Shown: positions 26,565 to 32,000 of the stretch, one piece after another | How positions within the stretch are numbered: position 1 is the first letter of the stretch | Layout of the letters: each line of letters starts with the position of its first letter | Source: an uncultured Chloroflexia bacterium | GTDB lineage: Bacteria > Chloroflexota > Ktedonobacteria > Ktedonobacterales > JADMIN01 | Direction: 5' to 3' | Assembly (NCBI GenBank): GCA_963718915.1 | Contig: CAVRAI010000007.1 | Coordinates: 360,001-392,000 of the forward strand | DNA length: 32,000 nucleotides | Translations under genes and position numbers: made by a program | Notes under the pieces: generated by a model | Told to the model about the DNA's origin: nothing | Seen by the model: only the letters and a program-made list of their open reading frames with translations | Databases searched by the model: none

Positions 26565-26778
26565 GATGCCCGCGACCTTGCTGCCAGTGTCTCGTCTGTC
26601 GCGGGCTTCCGGTTCCCCCGCGACCTCGCCAATTGCTCCATCCCGTTGGTTGGAGTGAAGCAATGTGCGAGCGGCGCGTATGGTAGACCCGACGCGCCAG
26701 ACCGGAAGGTAGGGATAGTCATATGGTGGTTGTGCTGCGAGAGGAGCCTCGGCGGAGGAACGCCAGACCGTCGGCGCT

Positions 26779-27795
26779 GTGTTATCGGATGCCGGAATCG
26801 CGGCGCGGACGGTCCGTTGGGCGGAGCATGACCTGTATATCCCCGAGGCGGCGCTCTCGCCGAGCCTCCAACAGACGCTGTCGGCGCTGCCTGCCGTGGA
26901 GCGGTGCGTCGCGGTCGAGTCGCCGTATGTCCTCGCCAGCCGCGAGCTACACCCGGAGAAGTCGCTGGTGCGTGTCGGGCACGCCGTCTTTGGCGGCGCT
27001 GACCCTGTGCTGATCGCCGGGCCGTGCTCGGTGGAGAATGAGGCGCAGATCAACGAGGCCGCCGAAGCCGCCGCCGCTTCTGGCGCGCAGGTGCTCCGTG
27101 GCGGTGGATTCAAGCCGCGTACCTCGCCTTACAGCTTCCAGGGACGCGGACTGGAAGGCGTCCGGCTCTTGGCGGCGGCGGGCGCGCGTGTCGGGCTGCC
27201 GGTCGTCACCGAGGTGATGGAGCCAGCGCTGGCCGAGGTCGTCGCCGAGCATGCCGATATGCTCCAGGTGGGCAGCCGCAACATGCAGAACTTTCCGCTG
27301 TTGCGCGCCGTAGGCCAGACGGGTCGCCCGGTGATGTTGAAGCGCGGCTTCGCCTCCACGCTGGATGAGTGGCTGCTGGCGGCGGAATACATCCTGGCCG
27401 AGGGCAACGCGCATGTGGTGCTCTGCGAGCGCGGCATACGTGGCTTCGACACCCATACGCGCAACGTGCTCGATCTCGCCTGCGTGCCGCTGCTGGCGCG
27501 GCTGACGCATCTGCCGGTGATTGTGGATCCCAGCCACGCGACGGGCCATCGCGACCTGGTGCTACCGATGGGCGTGGCGGCCATCGCGGCGGGCGCCGAT
27601 GGACTGATGGTCGAGATGCACCCCCGCCCGGACGAGGCGCTCTCCGACGCCGCCCAGACGATTGACGCCGCGACCTTGCGCGCGCTCGCCACCCAGGCGC
27701 GCAGTGTCCGCGCCGCGCTGCTGGCCGCGCAATCCCCCGACCAGCCAGAGCCATCCCCCGCGAAGTCCCGCCAGCCCGCCGCACGCCTGGGCTAA
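26779..27795 (+). CDS. 3-deoxy-D-arabino-heptulosonate-7-phosphate synthase, type I-beta with N-terminal ferredoxin-like regulatory domain
   Basis: GPCSVENE, VLRGGGFKPRTSPYSFQGRGLEG, LQVGSRNMQNF, VMLKRG, LCERGIR, VDPSHATGHRDLV. The likely true start is ATG 26723 (MVVVLREE, SD AGGGA), which is in another frame, so a 1-nt frameshift near 26741-26748 is implied. Confidence 0.85.
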   Translation: MLSDAGIAARTVRWAEHDLYIPEAALSPSLQQTLSALPAVERCVAVESPYVLASRELHPEKSLVRVGHAVFGGADPVLIAGPCSVENEAQINEAAEAAAASGAQVLRGGGFKPRTSPYSFQGRGLEGVRLLAAAGARVGLPVVTEVMEPALAEVVAEHADMLQVGSRNMQNFPLLRAVGQTGRPVMLKRGFASTLDEWLLAAEYILAEGNAHVVLCERGIRGFDTHTRNVLDLACVPLLARLTHLPVIVDPSHATGHRDLVLPMGVAAIAAGADGLMVEMHPRPDEALSDAAQTIDAATLRALATQARSVRAALLAAQSPDQPEPSPAKSRQPAARLG

Positions 27796-27877
27796 TTCGC
27801 CCGAATGCTGTAGAATGTCCGTGTTCCGACAACGGCGTCGGCTCGGCATTGCATGAGATTGCATCGCGGGAGGCGGC

Positions 27878-28384
27878 ATGCGAGCGGAAGATGGCGAGCG
27901 AGATGTGAACGCTCCTTCGATTACAAGGACTCCCAGGTTCCTTACCTGGCTGCAAGGCATCCTCGTCCTCCTTGGTGTCTCCAGTATTCTGGCGACGAAA
28001 TTTTTGCCACGCGCGACTGGTAAGGTGGTCTCGTCCGTTCTGCTAGATGCTATGGTGATCGTCTTCATCATCGCCTTGCCGATTCTGGAAGTCATCATTT
28101 GGAGGCTTCTGCGCCAACTCCCGGCGCGGGGGCGCTGGGGATTGATGCTGATCGTCGTGGGTTTGGGAATTGGCGTGCCTGTTGGAGCCGTCATGGTGTT
28201 CGCCACAATCTTCTTGCCCACGCTATCTCCACCAAACTTGATTAACGTGATGCTGTTAGTGGTACTGTGCGGCGCATTCGCTAGCATGGTTCTTGGCCTG
28301 CTCCTTGTATTTGTGGGAGTTATCCGGGAGTCCGTCCAGTTGTTACGCAACAGACGACAGGCGCGCACGGGCGACGGGCGGTGA
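27878..28384 (+). CDS. hypothetical small membrane protein (4 TM)
   Basis: GGGAGG lies 5 nt upstream of the ATG. Four clear TM helices. The region is visibly less GC-rich than its neighbours. Confidence 0.55.
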   Translation: MRAEDGERDVNAPSITRTPRFLTWLQGILVLLGVSSILATKFLPRATGKVVSSVLLDAMVIVFIIALPILEVIIWRLLRQLPARGRWGLMLIVVGLGIGVPVGAVMVFATIFLPTLSPPNLINVMLLVVLCGAFASMVLGLLLVFVGVIRESVQLLRNRRQARTGDGR

Positions 28385-28434
28385 ATAGTTGGCGAATGCA
28401 GTTTGCGTCTCGCCATCAGCGATACTGGCGCCCA

Positions 28435-28559
28435 ACGTGGTACAACAGCCTCGGAGGGAAACCACAGCCCTGGCCTATGCGAGCAGCTGCCCTGAGCGGG
28501 CAGCAGACTGGAGCGTTACACAGCATGAGCACACCGTTGATGTCTGGCGTCAGCGCCAG
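28435..28559 (+). repeat. direct repeat copy C: relic leader plus first 12 codons of the alpha/beta-hydrolase gene
   Basis: ACGTGGTACAACAGCCTC is identical (18/18) to 30844-30861. The 70-nt block 28490-28559 matches 30895-30964 at 66 of 70 positions, including GGAG and ATGAGCACACC. The copy C ORF (28525-28638) diverges after MSTPLMSGVSAR and stops after 37 codons. Confidence 0.85.
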
Positions 28560-28938
28560 GCGTTGCCGTCCGACGTTGCCGACCCGTGCGATAAGGCCCA
28601 CAAGGATCGCCGTGAGGCCTTTCCCCGCCGCCGGGTAGTAGTGGGTGGTCGGACAGACACACAAGCGCGGCCGCCAGCGCCCCTCGCCCGTTACCATGGC
28701 CTCTCAGTGCGCCAGCAGCCGCCCGCTCACCACCATCCACAGCAGGTGCTACAGCCCCAGGTTTGTCCCAATCGCCAGCGGGGTTACCAGGGTACACATC
28801 AAACTCAGCATTCGACAGGCTACGTCCGGCATCAGATGTCGGGATCTCCTAAGGGACAGTATGGCGTCAGCATCTGCACTCTCCAAGGGGGGGCCAGCCC
28901 GATGCCTTCAGCTACCGAACACGAGCATCGAGCTTATC

Positions 28939-29415
28939 TTAATCACGGCTGAGTGGCGGCCCCAAGACGGTCATCCCGTATTTTTCAAAGAGGGCTGCCA
29001 CGACCTTGGGATCGGGGGAGCCGCTGCGCGTCATCGGCCCCAACTCTTCGTAGAATTTGTGCCCACCGCCGGGTGTGTAGACGACGATGATCTCGCCTGG
29101 ATCGTCAGTCAGGTTCAGGAACGCATGGGGTACCTTCGACGGCAAATAGGCGAAGCCGCCTTCGTCGCAATAGAACATCTCATCGCCAATGCGGATCTTG
29201 AAGCGGCCCTTGAGCACATGGATGGTCTCTTCTTGCACATGATGCACGTGCAGCGGCGGGCCGCCATGCGGAGCTACCTCAACGATGAAATAGTCAAAGG
29301 CGCCGTTCGTGTCCTCGCCTGTGACCTTGAAAATAAGGTCCCGGCCTGGCCCAGACTGAAGCCGCAAGCCTTCGCCTTCCTTCAGAACCGTGTACTTGCT
29401 GACATTGACTGACAT
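28939..29415 (-). CDS. cupin-domain protein
   Basis: GGPPLHVHHVQEETIHVLKGRFKIRIGDE...GGFAYLPSKVPHAF (cupin motifs G-x5-H-x-H-x3-E and P-x-G-x2-H). The ATG at 29415 has GGGAGAAAGG upstream. Confidence 0.8.
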   Translation of the reverse strand: MSVNVSKYTVLKEGEGLRLQSGPGRDLIFKVTGEDTNGAFDYFIVEVAPHGGPPLHVHHVQEETIHVLKGRFKIRIGDEMFYCDEGGFAYLPSKVPHAFLNLTDDPGEIIVVYTPGGGHKFYEELGPMTRSGSPDPKVVAALFEKYGMTVLGPPLSRD

Positions 29416-29518
29416 TGCCTTTCTCCCTTCAAGTTCGTGATCGCGACTCAGTTCATCAACTCTGCTGGCCCCGGCCAAATTGTGGCGGGATCCAAAACCT
29501 TGTCGCCCTCTGGTCTGG

Positions 29519-29884
29519 TCAGGCACGTATCACCCACTGTCCCAGCGTGCTGAACAGCACCGCCAGGATCCAGAGCGCCGGGCCCAAAAGCCCCGGCCAC
29601 AACGGCAGATAGCGACGTACCACGACGAAGAGGATGAAACCCACGTCGGTGACGCTGGTCAAGGCGAGATTGAGCCAGTACCCCACGGGGTTGTTGAACC
29701 AGTTGTAGACGACGGCCACGGCAATCACCGCGACGGCCACGGCAACCAGGTTCCAAACACTCTGGTAAATTCGACCCTGCACCATCCCCGCCAATTGCCG
29801 TTTACCCAGTTTGTAGACCTGGAATGCGGCATACAGGTGCAGGAGTCCCCACGCGATATAGAAAATCGCGCCAATCTGAGACAT
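29519..29884 (-). CDS. hypothetical small membrane protein (4 TM), co-oriented with the cupin gene
   Basis: AAGGAGA lies 10 nt upstream of the ATG at 29884. MSQIGAIFYIAWGLLHLYAAF..., VWNLVAVAVAVIAVAVVY, VGFILFVVV, LGPALWILAVLFSTLG. Confidence 0.6.
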   Translation of the reverse strand: MSQIGAIFYIAWGLLHLYAAFQVYKLGKRQLAGMVQGRIYQSVWNLVAVAVAVIAVAVVYNWFNNPVGYWLNLALTSVTDVGFILFVVVRRYLPLWPGLLGPALWILAVLFSTLGQWVIRA

Positions 29885-30097
29885 GCGTTTGTCTATCTCC
29901 TTGCTCGTCCGACGAACACGTCGGATGGGGTTACCTTCACGAGTGAATCCTGAAAGATGATGCAGACGCGAGCTCAACTCAGTCCAGAATCATTGGCAAG
30001 ACCTCCTCCGCTTGCATGGAGCACGAAACTCTGATATACTCATATAATAAGTGTCCTAACGACATTTGTCAAGTAGCTAATAGTACGGGAGCTAATT

Positions 30098-30583
30098 GTG
30101 CATCCAGCCACCCAGATCACGTCCGATTTCGACGCGCTGTATCCGACCGCCAGCGCACGCGCGACCGAATGTGCGATGAACCTGGTGTTCACCGCTGACC
30201 TATTGCAGAAGCGCATCGCCACCCTGGTCCAACCCTTGCACCTCACCCCTACCTCCGGGCTGGTGCTCAGTATCCTGGCAAACGCTGAGTCGCCCCTACC
30301 GCCCAATGAAATCGCTGACCGGCTGATCATCAGCCGAGCGACGGTCACGGGTTTGCTCGACTCGCTCGAACGCCGGGCGTATATCCGCCGACGGCCTCAC
30401 CCCTCGGACAGACGGATGATTCTGGCGGAGATCACCGAAGCGGGGAGGCAGGCCGCGAGCGCCTTTCGCCCGATCGTCCATCAGTGTGAGAAGGAATGGT
30501 TTGGGGTGCTGGATGAGAAGGAGCAGCAACAACTCCTCGTCGCGCTCCATCGTTTACAGGAGCGCTTGCGGGATGCCGGCTGA
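30098..30583 (+). CDS. MarR-family transcriptional regulator
   Basis: LTPTSGLVLSILANAESPLPPNEIADRLIISRATVTGLLDSLERRAYIRRRPHPSDRRMILAEITEAGR (winged HTH with the DRR wing). Divergent from the membrane/cupin pair. The GTG start has GGGAG upstream. Confidence 0.85.
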   Translation: MHPATQITSDFDALYPTASARATECAMNLVFTADLLQKRIATLVQPLHLTPTSGLVLSILANAESPLPPNEIADRLIISRATVTGLLDSLERRAYIRRRPHPSDRRMILAEITEAGRQAASAFRPIVHQCEKEWFGVLDEKEQQQLLVALHRLQERLRDAG

Positions 30584-30843
30584 GCGCCCCTGCGTCTTGC
30601 TCGCATTTTCGCGGCTATAATCGTAGGATTGGCAGCAGTGGCGGGCGCCGGAGCGGTCAGTACACTTCTTGGCTTGTCGTTTCTAATCGTGTTTGCGGTT
30701 CGTGACTTACATCGGCCGCTCTAGGATCGACGGCACGCACGCTCCGGCAATGAAACAACATCTGGCATATGAAGCCGCGCCTTTTTGCTATTGGACGAAT
30801 CCTCACCGGAATTAGCGCCTGCTATCAACGCTCCCGCCTTCCG

Positions 30844-30964
30844 ACGTGGTACAACAGCCTCATAGGGAAACAACGAACCTGTAGCCACGACCATCCCTGA
30901 GCGGGCAGCAGACTGGAGCGTAACACAGCATGAGCACACCATTGATGGCTGGCATCAGCGCCAG
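30844..30964 (+). repeat. direct repeat copy D: functional leader and start of the alpha/beta-hydrolase gene
   Basis: See copy C. Here the ATG at 30930 opens a 355-codon ORF. Confidence 0.85.
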
Positions 30965-31997
30965 AGTTGTCGAGACGCCGCGCCTGCGTACCTACGCGCT
31001 GACGGCGGGTGATGAGAGCGGCGCGCCCGTTGTCTTCGTGCACGGCAACGTCTCGTCGGCGCGCTTCTTCGAGGAGACGATGCTGGCGATGCCGCCGGGC
31101 TACTGGTCGGTCGCGCCTGATCTGCGCGGCTTTGGCGAGAGCGAGACGAAGCCGGTGGACGCCTCGCGTGGCCTGCGCGACTTCTCCGATGATCTGCGCG
31201 CATTCCTGGAGGCGCTCGGCCTGACGGGCGCGCGCAAGCCCCATCTGCTCGGCTGGTCGCTCGGCGGTGGTGTCGTCATGCAGTACGCGATTGACAATGC
31301 CGCCGACGTCGCCTCGATCACGATGATGGACCCCATGTCGCCGTTCGGCTTCGGCGGGACAAAGGACACGAATGGCGCACCCTGCTGGCCTGATGCGGCT
31401 GGCTCTGGCGGCGGCACCGCCAACCCCGACTACGTCAAGCGGCTGCGTGAGGGCGACCGTGGCGAGGAATCGCCCAACTCGCCGCGCAACGTGATGAACG
31501 CCTTCTACTTCAAGCCGCCGTTCCGGGTCGCGCCGGAGCGTGAAGATGTCTTCGTCGACGCGATGCTCCAGATGCAGGTGAGCGACCAGAACTATCCCGG
31601 CGATATGCAGACCTCCGAGAACTGGCCCGGCGTGCGTCCCGGCGCGACCGGCGTGAACAACGCCATCTCTGCCCGGCTCGACCTTAGCGCATTCAGCGCA
31701 ATCACGCCGCAGCCGCCGGTGCTCTGGATACGCGGCGCGGACGATCTCATCGTCTCAGACAGTTCCTTCCTGGACTTTGGCACGCTCGGCAAGCTTGGCT
31801 ACGTGCCCGGCTGGCCCGGCGACGACGTGTTCCCGTCGCAGCCGATGGTCGCGCAGATACGCGCTGTCCTCGACCGCTACGCCATTGGCGGTGGGCGTTA
31901 TACTGAGGTTGTGGTGGCCGACTGTGGTCACTCGCCGCATATCGAGAAGCCAGGGGAGTTCAGCACGGCGTTCCTCACGTTTCTGGCGGGTGCGTGA
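30930..31997 (+). CDS. alpha/beta-fold hydrolase
   Basis: VVFVHGN, PDLRGFGES, the nucleophile elbow LLGWSLGGG (G-x-S-x-G), and a C-terminal GHSPHIEKP with the catalytic His. Confidence 0.8.
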   Translation: MSTPLMAGISARVVETPRLRTYALTAGDESGAPVVFVHGNVSSARFFEETMLAMPPGYWSVAPDLRGFGESETKPVDASRGLRDFSDDLRAFLEALGLTGARKPHLLGWSLGGGVVMQYAIDNAADVASITMMDPMSPFGFGGTKDTNGAPCWPDAAGSGGGTANPDYVKRLREGDRGEESPNSPRNVMNAFYFKPPFRVAPEREDVFVDAMLQMQVSDQNYPGDMQTSENWPGVRPGATGVNNAISARLDLSAFSAITPQPPVLWIRGADDLIVSDSSFLDFGTLGKLGYVPGWPGDDVFPSQPMVAQIRAVLDRYAIGGGRYTEVVVADCGHSPHIEKPGEFSTAFLTFLAGA

Positions 31998-32000
31998 CCT

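Noticed and set aside
26437-26658. ORF 26437..26658 (73 aa) as a protein-coding gene
   Set aside because: It reads straight through the intrinsic terminator hairpin and the T-run. It is Gly/Arg/Ser-rich and has no RBS. The region is better explained as a structured leader RNA.
26378-26722. T-box leader for an aromatic-amino-acid gene
   Set aside because: No canonical T-box sequence (UGGNACCGCG-like) lies next to the terminator, and I found no convincing Stem I features (specifier loop, AG bulge, distal loop). TGGTAGACCCGACGCG at 26681-96 is only a loose match. An Infernal scan would be decisive.
28453-28515. ZTP (pfl) riboswitch-like fragments GGGAAACCAC and GACTGGAGCG in repeat copy C
   Set aside because: The two fragments are in the wrong order relative to the pfl motif. 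The GGGAAACCAC part is not conserved in copy D, and the 3-prime CCGCCTGGGC sub-domain is absent.
28389-29412. Plus-strand ORFs 28389..28952 and 28645..29412 as real genes
   Set aside because: The second is antisense to the well-supported cupin gene. The first is His/Gln/Arg/Pro-rich with no motifs, and it spans the relic repeat copy C. The minus strand at 28420-28860 shows short transporter-like hydrophobic pieces in three different frames, which at most indicates an unidentifiable gene relic.
29978-30097. Specific MarR operator in the divergent intergenic region (GACAtttGTC at ~30061)
   Set aside because: It is only a 4-bp-arm palindrome, too weak to call without comparative or binding data. 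The region does contain TATAAT at ~30042 and is the obvious place for divergent promoters.

Overview
GC-rich bacterial chromosomal window. The rpmB / asp23-yloV(fakA)-degV block with fmt and rlmN suggests a Chloroflexota- or Firmicutes-like lineage; this is inference, since no database search was possible. Left third (1-12.8 kb) is a cell-surface glycan locus. On the minus strand it reads GT4 glycosyltransferase, then Wzx-type flippase, then an O-antigen-ligase/Wzy_C-like membrane protein that runs off the window and appears frameshifted. Next come a decayed GT2 remnant and a tnpB-only IS200/IS605-family element whose tnpB is split by one extra G. On the plus strand follow a second glycosyltransferase and a complete dTDP-L-rhamnose pathway (rmlC-rmlA-rmlB-rmlD). 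The middle holds fmt, rlmN, an interrupted secreted-protein gene, rpmB, asp23-fakA-degV-DUF2203, a SAM methyltransferase, a membrane protein, an SDR and a KDPG-aldolase-like gene. The right end holds a 780-bp intergenic region (DnaA-box-like cluster, consensus promoter, roughly 345-nt structured leader with intrinsic terminator) ahead of a type I-beta DAHP synthase, then a small membrane protein, a MarR / cupin / membrane-protein module, and an alpha/beta hydrolase. No rRNA, tRNA or CRISPR array was found. Four things deserve a second look. (1) A family of hairpin-dense REP/MITE-like repeats fills several 3-prime intergenic gaps. (2) A ~125-bp direct repeat (leader plus first 12 codons of the hydrolase gene) brackets the MarR module. 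(3) The DAHP synthase leader is unclassified. (4) Single-base reading-frame breaks are unusually frequent, which means either real gene decay or assembly indels. I did not recognise a coherent novel multi-gene system.
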